DNA of 64,000 nucleotides, taken from positions 59,467 to 123,466 of the forward strand of contig DASTJZ010000075.1 of NCBI GenBank assembly GCA_035716185.1, given 5' to 3'. The notes beneath the pieces were generated by a model, which was given only the letters and a program-made list of their open reading frames with translations, did no database searches and had not been told where the DNA came from. This document shows positions 1 to 8,909 of the stretch, one piece after another. Origin of the DNA: Candidatus Dormiibacterota bacterium. Its GTDB lineage: Bacteria; Chloroflexota; Dormibacteria; CF-121. Position 1 is the first letter of the stretch, and each line of letters begins with the position of its first letter. A program made the translations under genes and the position numbers.

Positions 1-180
1 CTCGACCAGGCCATGCGCCACCTGACACCACGCGAGCGGCGGATCATGTACCTGCGCTTCGTCGACGAGCTGCCCCAGGCGGAGGTGGCCAAGCGGCTCG
101 GCATTTCCCAGATGCACGTCTCGCGCCTTCAGCGAGCCGCCGTCGAGCGCCTCAAGCGGGAGATGCCGGTTCCGACCTAA
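1..180 (+). CDS. RNA polymerase sigma factor, C-terminal fragment (region 4 HTH; SigB/SigF-like); 5' end lies outside the window
   Basis: Frame 1 from position 1 reads ...RERRIMYLRFVDELPQAEVAKRLGISQMHVSRLQRAAVERLKREM, stop TAA 178-180. This is the classic sigma-70 region-4 motif. Confidence 0.7.
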   Translation, partial: LDQAMRHLTPRERRIMYLRFVDELPQAEVAKRLGISQMHVSRLQRAAVERLKREMPVPT

Positions 181-185
181 GGCGA

Positions 186-206
186 AGGCGGCGGTCGACC
201 AGTCGA
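186..206. terminator. Palindrome GGTCGACcaGTCGAC between convergent genes (possible bidirectional terminator; no U-tract)
   Basis: Inverted repeat in the 27-nt gap between the sigma stop (180) and the methyltransferase stop (208). Confidence 0.25.
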
Positions 207-207
207 C

Positions 208-1461
208 TCAGGCGACCCGGTAGAGCTCCTCGGTGTAGCCGTCGCGCGTCCAGGACAGGTCGCGGGCCAACAGCCGTAAGGACGGCACCTCGGTGCAGAG
301 TTGGTGGACGATATTCTGTGGAATGCCGTTGACTCGGTTGGCACTCTCCTGCTGATAGCTGTAGAACAGGGCTCCCGATTGCCGGCCGGTCCAGCGCAGG
401 TAGGCACGGGCAACCTCAGGGAGCATCTCCGGCAGGCTGTCCTGATTGATTACGACCCGGGTTTCTCCCTTGGCCGGCGACATCGCTGGAAGGGCCTCAA
501 CGGCTGAGGTTGGTAAGACCTCGATCTGCCGCGGCGGCTCCCCAAAGAGGGACACGCGATCCGCGCCGAGTGCGCGGCAAAGGAAGTAACCCTGAATGAC
601 ATTCACCCATGCCAGATCGACGATCCTATAGCGGCGCAGTCGCTGTACGAACTGGAGCGTTATCCAGTAGCAGAGGCCACCGTAGCCGCCACCGATTTCC
701 ACCGCGCTGATTGGCGCCTCGTCTGCCAGACCGGCCAGGCGGGCTCCGCGCTTGATTCGGGCAGCGGCATAGATGTGTTCCATCGAGCGCATGGTGAGAA
801 GCCGGTCGGCCACGCGGATTCCCGACGGCGCCCCAACCTCGGGAAACGCGAGCGAGTGGCCCAGCGCTCGCTCGAGTTTGACCACGAGGTCCTCCAGTCC
901 ATTCCGCGCTGCGGCAGCAGATTCACCCTGCTCACTGGTCTCTGCCGGCACGATTCCCAGGTACTCGGCGAGGGAGACGAGCCGGTCCTCGATGGTCATG
1001 GGAACCAGACGGCGGGAAGCGACCCACTCTCGGTGTCGAAAGCCGTGCGCCATGCCTTGAATGAACCTCGAATGAAACATGCCAGTCAGCACATTGGCGA
1101 GGTGATCGGGGTCGTTTTTCTCGATTGGTTCGAGCAGCTCGCGCAGCTCCTGATTGGCGCTTGACCACATACCCGCCGTATCGGCACCGTCCGCTCTTGT
1201 CGCGCGCTCCCAGGCGGTGATCAGGCGGGTCGCAATCTCGACGTCGGCTCGGCCAGGAACCCGTGACGCTCCGAGGACATGCGGATGGCGGAAGACGGAG
1301 TAGCCGGCGCGATAGAACCACTGCTTCCGGCGCAACGACTCATAGAGCTGGCCATGCCCGGAGGCGTGCAGCAGCCGGAGGGCGCCTTTCGCGTAGGCGA
1401 GAACGGCCCAGAGTGTGATTCTTTGGGCGGCCCATCGCAATGGGCGCGGAATTGACCGCAC
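208..1461 (-). CDS. SAM-dependent methyltransferase, putative sugar O-methyltransferase family
   Basis: 417-aa minus-strand ORF with the motif-I-like VEIGGGYGGLCYW. It is the only long ORF between the sigma gene and alaS. It converges on the sigma gene. Confidence 0.5.
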   Translation of the reverse strand: MRSIPRPLRWAAQRITLWAVLAYAKGALRLLHASGHGQLYESLRRKQWFYRAGYSVFRHPHVLGASRVPGRADVEIATRLITAWERATRADGADTAGMWSSANQELRELLEPIEKNDPDHLANVLTGMFHSRFIQGMAHGFRHREWVASRRLVPMTIEDRLVSLAEYLGIVPAETSEQGESAAAARNGLEDLVVKLERALGHSLAFPEVGAPSGIRVADRLLTMRSMEHIYAAARIKRGARLAGLADEAPISAVEIGGGYGGLCYWITLQFVQRLRRYRIVDLAWVNVIQGYFLCRALGADRVSLFGEPPRQIEVLPTSAVEALPAMSPAKGETRVVINQDSLPEMLPEVARAYLRWTGRQSGALFYSYQQESANRVNGIPQNIVHQLCTEVPSLRLLARDLSWTRDGYTEELYRVA

Positions 1462-1546
1462 AATTGGATCAAACGCGTCGGACGGGGCGAGCTTTCGGAG
1501 GTAGCCGGCAGATCCCGATACAATTCAGGGCGCGCAGGGACCAAGA

Positions 1547-4099
1547 GTGAACAGCGCGGAGATCCGCCAGCGTTTTCTTAACTTCTTCAAAGAGCGGGAC
1601 CACAAGGTGTTACCAAGCTCCTCGCTGATCCCGTTCGGCGATCCTACGCTGCTGTTCACCAGCGCCGGCATGGTCCAGTTCAAGCCCTACTTCCTCGGCC
1701 AGAGCCGGCCGCCCTATCAACGGGCCACCACCAGTCAAAAAGTGTTTCGCGCCGTCGATATCGACGTGGTCGGCCACGATGGCCATCACCTCACCTTCTT
1801 CGAGATGCTCGGCAACTTTTCCTTCGGTGACTACTTCAAGGAAAAAGCGATCCCATACGCCTGGGAATTTCTTACCAAGCAGCTCCAACTCGAGGAGGGT
1901 CGTCTCTGGGCCGGCATCCATAAAGACGACGACGAAGCCTACGCGATCTGGAGAAAGACCGGAGTTCCCGACGAGCGCATCCGCCGTTTCGGCGACGAGT
2001 ACAACTTCTGGGCGGCAGGACCGACGGGGCCGTGCGGCCCGGATTCGGAAATTCACTATGACTGGGGAGCCGAGTACAGCTGCGGCCGGCTCGACTGCGG
2101 TCCCAACTGCGAGCACTGCGATCGCTTTCTGGAGATATGGAACCTCGTCTTCATGCAGTGGAATCGCGACCAGACTGGAAAACGAACGGACCTCGAGCAC
2201 AAGGGAATCGACACCGGCATGGGCCTGGAGCGGATTACCGCTGTTGTGAACGGGCTGCGAAAGGGGGTCTTCGAAACGGATCTGTTCCAGCCGCTCATCC
2301 GGCATTGGGCCGAGGAATCGAGAACGGTTTACGGCAGGAAGCCCGAGGTCGATACCTCCTTGCGAGTGCTGGCTGACCATGCCCGGGGCGCGACGATGCT
2401 GATCTCGGACGGTGTCCTGCCGGCCAACGACGGCCGGGGCTACGTCTTACGCCGGTTGATTCGGCGGGCCATGGTTCATGCTCGGCGTCTGGGTGCAAGC
2501 CTGAGTCTGTCGTCGGGGGTGCCCATCGTCGCTCGCTTACTCGGCGAGGTGTATCCGGAAGCGCGAAAGAAGGCGGACGAAACCCGGGCAATCATCCAGG
2601 CGGAGGAGGAACGTTTCGCCGTCACCTTGCGCCAGGGGACCGAGCGCCTTCAGGGGTTGCTCGACCGCGGAACCCTTGGGGCCGAAGAAGTGTTCTACCT
2701 TCATGACACGCTGGGTTTCCCGGTGGAACTCACCGCCGAGCTCGCTCAGGAGCGCGGCGTGACCGTCGACATGGCCGCCGTCGAGGCTCTCGAGCAGGGC
2801 CAGCGCGATCGAAGCCGGGTCGCAACCGGCGACTTCACGGCTCCAGTCTCGGGACGTTTCACCCGGTTCGTCGGCTATGACCGGCTGGAGGTTGACACCA
2901 CGGTCACCGACGTCTTTCCGGTCGCGGGTGGAGCTGAGCATGCCGACGTGTTTGTCACCGAAACGCCGTTCTACGCCGAGCGCGGGGGCCAGATCTTCGA
3001 CACTGGTTGGCTCAGCTGGAATGGCGAGAAAGCCGCGGTCATCGACGTCCAGGTGCAGGGCGAAGCGATCCGCCATCGGGTGGCGGTCGCGCCCGACCGC
3101 CTCAAGGCCGGCCAGCGGGTCCACCTGGCAGTCGATGCCCCCAGACGGCAGGCGGTGGCGAGACACCATTCAGCAACGCATCTGCTCCATCGCGCCCTCC
3201 GCGACGTGCTGGGCGAACAGGCAACCCAAGCGGGCTCATCGGTACAGCCGGACTACGCGACCTTCGATTTCCACTTCCCCCGTGCCCTGACGGACGTGGA
3301 ACTCGATCGAACCTCCAGCCTGTTGAACAAGAAGATCCGAGCGGATCTGGTTCGTCGCGTGGAGGAGATGCCGCTCGATCAGGCGATCGCAAGCGGGGCG
3401 GTAGCGCTGTTTGATGAGAAATATGGGGACGTGGTGCGGGTGGTCTCCTTCGGTGATTGGGCTCGTGAGCTCTGCGGGGGCACGCATGTCGAGCGCACCG
3501 GGGAGATCGGGCTGGCGTTGATCTCAGGTGACCGCAGCATTGGTTCCGGAGTGCGCCGGATCGAGCTACGCGCCGGGGCGGCGGCCGAGCGGCGAGTCCG
3601 TGAATACGAGCGCATCCTGGGCGAGCTGAGCGACGCCCTTCGAACCGGTATGACCGAGGTGCCGGCTCGAGTCGCCGGGCTGCAGGCAGAGATCAAACGC
3701 CTGGAAAAGGACGCCGCGACCCTCCGGCAAAGGCTGATCGCTGGGGGCAGCGCAACGCTCGAAGAAGCCACGGTCGACGGGGTACACCTGCTGTTGCAGC
3801 GGGTCGACGCTTCGGAGAAGGACCTGCTGGGTTTCGCGGATCACGCCCTGAGCCGGGCCAACGGCAACGGGATCGCTCTGGTTGTCGGCGGTCGCAATTT
3901 CGCCGTAAAGGTCGCCAGTCCCCTGGCCGACCGCCTTCCGGCGAGCGACCTGGTGCAGGCGTTTCGCCAGGTGGCCGGCGGAAAGGGGGGTGGTCGCGGG
4001 CCGGTCGGTCAGGGTGGTGGGATCGATCCCGATCGGGTAAGCGAGGCATTCAAGTCGCTGCAGGACTACATCAGGGCCCGGATGAAAGACCGCGCATGA
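1547..4099 (+). CDS. alaS: Alanyl-tRNA synthetase
   Basis: GTG start; MNSAEIRQRFLNFFKERDHKVLPSSSLIPFGDPTLLFTSAGMVQFKPYFLG..., 850 aa, full AlaS architecture. RBS-like AGGGACCAAGAG upstream. Confidence 0.95.
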   Translation: MNSAEIRQRFLNFFKERDHKVLPSSSLIPFGDPTLLFTSAGMVQFKPYFLGQSRPPYQRATTSQKVFRAVDIDVVGHDGHHLTFFEMLGNFSFGDYFKEKAIPYAWEFLTKQLQLEEGRLWAGIHKDDDEAYAIWRKTGVPDERIRRFGDEYNFWAAGPTGPCGPDSEIHYDWGAEYSCGRLDCGPNCEHCDRFLEIWNLVFMQWNRDQTGKRTDLEHKGIDTGMGLERITAVVNGLRKGVFETDLFQPLIRHWAEESRTVYGRKPEVDTSLRVLADHARGATMLISDGVLPANDGRGYVLRRLIRRAMVHARRLGASLSLSSGVPIVARLLGEVYPEARKKADETRAIIQAEEERFAVTLRQGTERLQGLLDRGTLGAEEVFYLHDTLGFPVELTAELAQERGVTVDMAAVEALEQGQRDRSRVATGDFTAPVSGRFTRFVGYDRLEVDTTVTDVFPVAGGAEHADVFVTETPFYAERGGQIFDTGWLSWNGEKAAVIDVQVQGEAIRHRVAVAPDRLKAGQRVHLAVDAPRRQAVARHHSATHLLHRALRDVLGEQATQAGSSVQPDYATFDFHFPRALTDVELDRTSSLLNKKIRADLVRRVEEMPLDQAIASGAVALFDEKYGDVVRVVSFGDWARELCGGTHVERTGEIGLALISGDRSIGSGVRRIELRAGAAAERRVREYERILGELSDALRTGMTEVPARVAGLQAEIKRLEKDAATLRQRLIAGGSATLEEATVDGVHLLLQRVDASEKDLLGFADHALSRANGNGIALVVGGRNFAVKVASPLADRLPASDLVQAFRQVAGGKGGGRGPVGQGGGIDPDRVSEAFKSLQDYIRARMKDRA

Positions 4100-5367
4100 T
4101 CAAGATCAAAGACCGGATCAAGCGCCTCCGCCGTGGCGCTGATTATGAAAATTACTACACCGCTCTGGACATCGGCACCGAGTACATCAAGGCGCTGGTG
4201 GTCAAACGTGAAGGCCGGAACGGGGTAGTCCTGGGGGCCTCGCGGCAGCGGCAGGAATTCATGGATATGGAGAGCGGCGTCCCATCCAACATCCAGGGGA
4301 TTATCGACAGCTGCGATCGAGCGATGTCCGAGGCCGAAGACATGTGCGACACCATCCCGGGACAGGCCGTGATCGGGATTGCCGGCGAACAGGTCAAGGG
4401 CTTCAGCACGTCCGTCACGGTGCCGCGTGCCGACCCGACGCTGAAGATCAACGAAACCGAGCTAATCCACATCCTCCAGCTGGTGCAGAAACGCGCCCTG
4501 CGCGAGGCCCAGCACGCCATGAGCCTGGAGCTTGGCGTTCCGGACGTCGATGTGAAGCTGATCAACTCAGCGATCACCCGCGTCCGGATCGATGGCTACG
4601 TCGTCAATAATCCGCTCGATTTCCAGGGCAAGCAAATGGTGATCACCGTCTTCAACACTTTTGCCCCGCTGACCCATGTCGGGGCGCTCCAGACGATCGC
4701 GTCGGAGCTTGACCTGGAATTGGTGGCCACGGTGGCCGAACCGTACGCAATGGCGCGCTGCGCCGCCACCGACGAGGTCTACGACTTCGGCGGCGTCTTC
4801 GTCGACATCGGCGGCGGCACCACCGACATCGCGCTGATCCGGAATGGCGGCATCGAGGGGACCCGCATGTTTCCCATCGGCGGCCGGGTCTTTACCAAGA
4901 AACTGGCTTCTCGGTTCGGCATCTCCTTCGCTGATGCCGAGGCCGTCAAGCTTCGCCATTCGCGTGGTGAGCTGCCGCCAGAGCACGCGGAGAAAGTCCA
5001 TGCCGTACTGGCCCGTGACGCGGAGGTCCTGGTGGAAGGCGTGGTAATTACCTTGCAGGAGATGTCAAAGGGCGACCGGTTGCCGACGGGGATCTACCTG
5101 GCCGGTGGCGGCAGCGCGCTCCCCGAGGTCAAGGAGCAGCTCAAGGCTTTCCCCTGGGCTGAAAAGCTGCCCTTTGCCCGAACGCCTACCGTCAACCCGT
5201 TGCGACCGGTTGATATCCGAGGGATCTACGATTCGACCGGCCTGCTGCTCGACCAGCAGGACATCACGCCCATGGGCCTGGCCTTCCACGCGATTCAACA
5301 ACAGTCCGAGGATCAGGCGCCGCTTTTCGGGCTGATGCGGAAGGTGCTCAAGGCCATGAAAATCTGA
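4096..5367 (+). CDS. FtsA-like actin-fold (ASKHA) ATPase with a 1C-like insert and a C-terminal amphipathic helix
   Basis: ATGA overlap with the alaS stop. Phosphate-1 ALDIGTEYIKALV, phosphate-2 VFVDIGGGTTDIALI, adenosine motif IYLAGGGSALPEV. C-terminus LFGLMRKVLKAMKI is amphipathic. 423 aa, FtsA-like rather than PilM (~350 aa). Confidence 0.75.
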   Translation: MIKIKDRIKRLRRGADYENYYTALDIGTEYIKALVVKREGRNGVVLGASRQRQEFMDMESGVPSNIQGIIDSCDRAMSEAEDMCDTIPGQAVIGIAGEQVKGFSTSVTVPRADPTLKINETELIHILQLVQKRALREAQHAMSLELGVPDVDVKLINSAITRVRIDGYVVNNPLDFQGKQMVITVFNTFAPLTHVGALQTIASELDLELVATVAEPYAMARCAATDEVYDFGGVFVDIGGGTTDIALIRNGGIEGTRMFPIGGRVFTKKLASRFGISFADAEAVKLRHSRGELPPEHAEKVHAVLARDAEVLVEGVVITLQEMSKGDRLPTGIYLAGGGSALPEVKEQLKAFPWAEKLPFARTPTVNPLRPVDIRGIYDSTGLLLDQQDITPMGLAFHAIQQQSEDQAPLFGLMRKVLKAMKI

Positions 5368-5430
5368 TCGCGCGGGAAGCCCGGGCGACCCATGACATTC
5401 GGGGGCAAGAAAACCTGACACCGTAACATC

Positions 5431-5459
5431 TCGACAATCAGTGACGTTTCGGGTATGAA
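5431..5459 (+). promoter_or_regulatory. Candidate sigma-A promoter (TCGACA-17 nt-TATGAA) in a locally AT-richer gap upstream of the 5481 gene
   Basis: -35 at 5431-5436, -10 at 5454-5459. The 113-nt gap after the FtsA-like gene is the lowest-GC stretch nearby. Confidence 0.3.
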
Positions 5460-5480
5460 AAGCGTCGACGTGTTAAAACT

Positions 5481-7082
5481 GTGAAGACCCTGGCCAAGCT
5501 GCTCTACGTCGAAGCTGACGAGGAGATCACCGACCTGGTCGACCGTCTCCGTGATCTCAGTCTCGAGGACGAGGTCACCTTCGTGGTCCCGGAGCGGGCC
5601 CGCGCCCTGCAAAGCGCCATGAGCTTCCGGTTGCTCAAGCGCTACGCGGACAGCTACGGCAAGCGGGTGAACCTGGTCAGCGGCGATCCGCGGCTCCAGG
5701 CGATGGCATTGGACGGCGGATTCACGGCCTACCCGAGCATGGAGGCCTACGACCGCGGAACCCAGGTCCATCAGCCGGAACCGGTGGATTCCGTCGCGGC
5801 CACGTCGGCCGCCAAGCCCGTCATGGCCCAGATGGCTTCGCCGGTGAGCACCCCAACGCGTGGCGTGGCAACCCTGGACCGGCCAGGTCAGGCGCCGCTG
5901 ACGTCGGCACCGCCGAGGAGAGCAACGACTGCGCCGAAGCCGGCGTCATCCGCGCCTTCGTTTCGGAGTTACCGGCCGTACTTGATTGCTGCGGGGATCC
6001 TGGTCGTTCTCGGACTTCTCGCCGGGGTCCTTTATCTGCCCAGCGCCAGCGCGACGTTGCTGGTATCCGGCACCCCGATCAAGGAAGACATTACCCTGCG
6101 TGGCGCGGTCGGCAACCCGAACTCGGGCGACCAATTTGCCACCAAGACCATCAGTGAAAGCGAGTCACAGACACTGCCAGGCGTACCGACCGGCCAGAAG
6201 CAAATCGCCGCCGTTCCCGCTAGCGGGACGGTCACGTTCTCCTTGAATTGCTTCCTTTGCACTGAAACGATCCCGAAGGGATGGACGGTCGAGACCGCCG
6301 ATGGCTCGAGGAAGTACGCGACCCAGAGGTCAGTCACGCTGATCGGACCGAGTAGCGCGGCAAGCGTCCCTATCATCGCCACGACCGGTGGCGGTGCCGG
6401 CAATGTTGACAAAAACACGATCGTCAAAATTGACGGCAACACAGATGACAACCTGGGCGTAACCAACCCCGACCCGACAGCGGGGGGCGTCGATGCCCGG
6501 ACCGCCACGATCATTCAGCAATCGGACATCGACGCCATCCGGGACGCTTATGCCAAAGACGCGGTTCCACGGGTCCAGGACCAGATGAACAGCAAGGCTC
6601 AGGGACTCAAGCTGGTCGTCGTTGGCGGTGCGCCGCAGGTGGCGGTGACGACCGATAAGAAGGTGGGCGATGAGGTCGGTGGGTTCAGTGTCACGCTAAA
6701 GGTGACCGGTGACGGGATTGCCTTCGACGACAAAACCGTAAAGGCGCTGCTTAGGTCGGCAATGGAACGGAAGATCCCGCAAGGCAACCAGCTCACGAAC
6801 AATGTAAATCTCAGCTACGAACCGATCGATGCTGCGGCTGACGGTCATGTCACGCTGAACGGCCACGCCTCCGGGTTCTACATTCCGATCTTCCTCGACA
6901 GCAAACTTCGCTCCTACCTGAGAGGGATGAGCCCAGGCAAGGCGCACGCCCTTCTCCAATCGCAGCCGAACGTGGTTGACGCGCGCATCACCCAGACGCC
7001 GTTCGGGCTTCCCTGGTTGCCGCTCTTCACATCGCACATCAATCTGAAGGTTCAGGAGGTCGACAGCCCCTCGAGCTCGTGA
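5481..7082 (+). CDS. Uncharacterised bitopic membrane protein: ~95-aa cytoplasmic N-domain, Pro/Ala/Ser/Thr-rich linker, one TM helix, ~340-aa extracytoplasmic domain
   Basis: GTG start. TM YRPYLIAAGILVVLGLLAGVLYL at ~aa 165-190. Low-complexity linker ...ATSAAKPVMAQMASPVSTPTRGVATLDRPGQAPLTSAPPRRATTAPKPASSAPSF. No family recognised by eye. Confidence 0.6.
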   Translation: MKTLAKLLYVEADEEITDLVDRLRDLSLEDEVTFVVPERARALQSAMSFRLLKRYADSYGKRVNLVSGDPRLQAMALDGGFTAYPSMEAYDRGTQVHQPEPVDSVAATSAAKPVMAQMASPVSTPTRGVATLDRPGQAPLTSAPPRRATTAPKPASSAPSFRSYRPYLIAAGILVVLGLLAGVLYLPSASATLLVSGTPIKEDITLRGAVGNPNSGDQFATKTISESESQTLPGVPTGQKQIAAVPASGTVTFSLNCFLCTETIPKGWTVETADGSRKYATQRSVTLIGPSSAASVPIIATTGGGAGNVDKNTIVKIDGNTDDNLGVTNPDPTAGGVDARTATIIQQSDIDAIRDAYAKDAVPRVQDQMNSKAQGLKLVVVGGAPQVAVTTDKKVGDEVGGFSVTLKVTGDGIAFDDKTVKALLRSAMERKIPQGNQLTNNVNLSYEPIDAAADGHVTLNGHASGFYIPIFLDSKLRSYLRGMSPGKAHALLQSQPNVVDARITQTPFGLPWLPLFTSHINLKVQEVDSPSSS

Positions 7083-7507
7083 GAGTGCTGGCGATCGACC
7101 CGGGCAGCGTCCGTATCGGACTGGCGCTCAGCGATCCCTCCGGCACCATCGCCCAGCCGCTGAGCGTGTTGCGCAGACGGTCAACTACTGAGGACCTGCA
7201 GGCACTGACCGAACTGGTTCGGCAGCACGATGTCGAGCAGATCGTCGTCGGGCTCCCGCGCATGATGGACGGCCGGCTCGAAGCCGCTGCTCATGAGGCG
7301 CAGGCCTTCGGCGAGCAGGTCGGGCGGGCCACCGGGCGGCCTGTAGCATACTGGGACGAACGGCTGACGACGGTTGCCGCCGAGCGTTACCTGATTGAAC
7401 AGGGGAAACGGCGCCGCAAACGCCGCCAAGAAGTAGATCGGATGGCCGCCGCGTTAATGTTGCAGGGATACCTCGACTTCCAGCGCAGGCGCCACCCAGG
7501 AGGCTGA
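7079..7507 (+). CDS. ruvX: Holliday-junction resolvase-like RuvX/YqgF (pre-16S rRNA nuclease)
   Basis: MRVLAIDPGSVRIGLALSDPSGTIAQPL...; GTGA overlap with the upstream stop. Confidence 0.9.
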   Translation: MRVLAIDPGSVRIGLALSDPSGTIAQPLSVLRRRSTTEDLQALTELVRQHDVEQIVVGLPRMMDGRLEAAAHEAQAFGEQVGRATGRPVAYWDERLTTVAAERYLIEQGKRRRKRRQEVDRMAAALMLQGYLDFQRRRHPGG

Positions 7508-7792
7508 ATGCCAGAGATCCCCGAGCCAAACGGCGAGATTCAGACGATCGAGCTGGTCAATGAAAAAACCGGCGAAGAGGAAAGCTACGTGGTCCATGAC
7601 GTCGTCGAAATCGAAGGGGAAACGTACTACGTGCTGCAGGCCGAGGCCGACGAGGACCAGGTCCTCATCCTGCGCCGCGAAGGCGAATCCCTGGTCACCC
7701 TCGATGACGAGGAGCACGACCGGGTGGTGGAGCAACTCGAGGAATTCGAGGAGGACGACGACCTCGGCGAAGACGGCGGAGCGGAGGACTAG
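7508..7792 (+). CDS. DUF1292 (YrzB-like) acidic protein
   Basis: TGAATG junction, GGAGG SD. MPEIPEPNGEIQTIELVNEKTGEEESYVVHDVVEIEGETYYVLQAE... with an acidic tail. Sits at the conserved position between ruvX and mltG, as in Firmicutes. Confidence 0.8.
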   Translation: MPEIPEPNGEIQTIELVNEKTGEEESYVVHDVVEIEGETYYVLQAEADEDQVLILRREGESLVTLDDEEHDRVVEQLEEFEEDDDLGEDGGAED

Positions 7793-7813
7793 CTGACCAC
7801 TCCCGCCAGACGG

Positions 7814-8872
7814 ATGACTGAGGCGCCGGCGCCCCGGAAGCGGAGCCGCGCGCTCGGCTGCGCGCAATGGCTCGCGGTCATCCTCTTTCTGCTGCCGGCC
7901 GCCCTAGGGATCCCGGGTGTTCTGGCCTACAACTGGGTCGACCACCAACTCCATCAGCCGGCCAATCCCTCCAATTCCAAGGTCCGCTTTGTGGTGCCGC
8001 CCGGGGCAACCTTTCACGAGGTCGCCGATACGCTGCACCGGGCCGGCCTGATTGACTCCGTCACGGTTTTCGATCTCTACGCCCGCTACAAGCACCTCGA
8101 CCGGAATGTCCAGGCAGGGGCCTATGAACTGAGCCGCAACCTGACTATGGTCCAGATCCTCGATGCTCTACAGACCGCCATTCCGGAGGAGATTTTCGTC
8201 ACCGTTCCAGAGGGCTACACGATCAAGAAAACGGCAGCCCTCCTCGATAAGGGTGGCGTGATCAAGGGGAGTGACTATGTCGCTGCCGCCGTCGCCGGAC
8301 AGTTCAATTACGACTTCCTGAAAGACCTCCCGGCAGCCACCTCCCTGGAAGGGTTTCTCTTCCCCGATACCTATCTGGTCCCGCGCACCGGGACAGCGAA
8401 GCAATTGATCACGCTCCAGCTGGACAACTTCAACCGCCATTGGACGGACACCCGAAAGTCACAAGCCGCCCAGCGGCGGCTGAACGCCCTCCAGATCGTG
8501 ACGATTGCCTCGATGATCGAGCGGGAGGCTCGCTTCGATGATGACCGGCCGCTGGTAGCCAGCGTTATCTATAACCGGCTCCAGGACGGCTGGACGCTCG
8601 ACATCGATGCCACCGTCCTCTACGCCAAGGGCGTCTGGCAGTCTTCCGTGACCCTCGACGACCGCAAGATCAATTCGCCCTACAACACCTATTTACATAC
8701 CGGACTTCCGCCTGGACCGATTGCGAACCCTGGCATCAAGGCGATCGATGCCGCGCTCCAGCCCGCGCAAACGGGCTACTTCTTCTACCTCTCAGATCCT
8801 CAGGGACACAATCACTACGCCAAGACCAAAGAGGAGTTCGACCGCCTCCTCAAGCAGTACGGCCTCCAGTAG
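7814..8872 (+). CDS. mltG: Endolytic murein transglycosylase MltG (YceG family)
   Basis: N-terminal TM, then the YceG-like domain (...YNRLQDGWTLDIDATVLYA...NTYLHTGLPPGPIANPG). Confidence 0.9.
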   Translation: MTEAPAPRKRSRALGCAQWLAVILFLLPAALGIPGVLAYNWVDHQLHQPANPSNSKVRFVVPPGATFHEVADTLHRAGLIDSVTVFDLYARYKHLDRNVQAGAYELSRNLTMVQILDALQTAIPEEIFVTVPEGYTIKKTAALLDKGGVIKGSDYVAAAVAGQFNYDFLKDLPAATSLEGFLFPDTYLVPRTGTAKQLITLQLDNFNRHWTDTRKSQAAQRRLNALQIVTIASMIEREARFDDDRPLVASVIYNRLQDGWTLDIDATVLYAKGVWQSSVTLDDRKINSPYNTYLHTGLPPGPIANPGIKAIDAALQPAQTGYFFYLSDPQGHNHYAKTKEEFDRLLKQYGLQ

Positions 8873-8909
8873 CCCCTTCGGCCCGTCCCGCGCAGCTGAG
8901 GGTGGGCGG

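Noticed and set aside
1462-1546. T-box leader upstream of alaS (and of metG, thrS, pheS, tyrS)
   Set aside because: Intergenic spaces are 85, 0, 52, 144 and <90 nt, too short for a T-box riboswitch (~250 nt). No specifier-loop/T-box consensus (AATTAGGGTGGNACCGCG) seen.
8721-8909. Canonical-start extension of aroE (ATG 8721) overlapping mltG by 150 nt
   Set aside because: The overlap region is the conserved C-terminus of MltG in its own frame. The aroE-frame translation there (MRTLASRRSMPRSSPRKRATSS...) is low-complexity.
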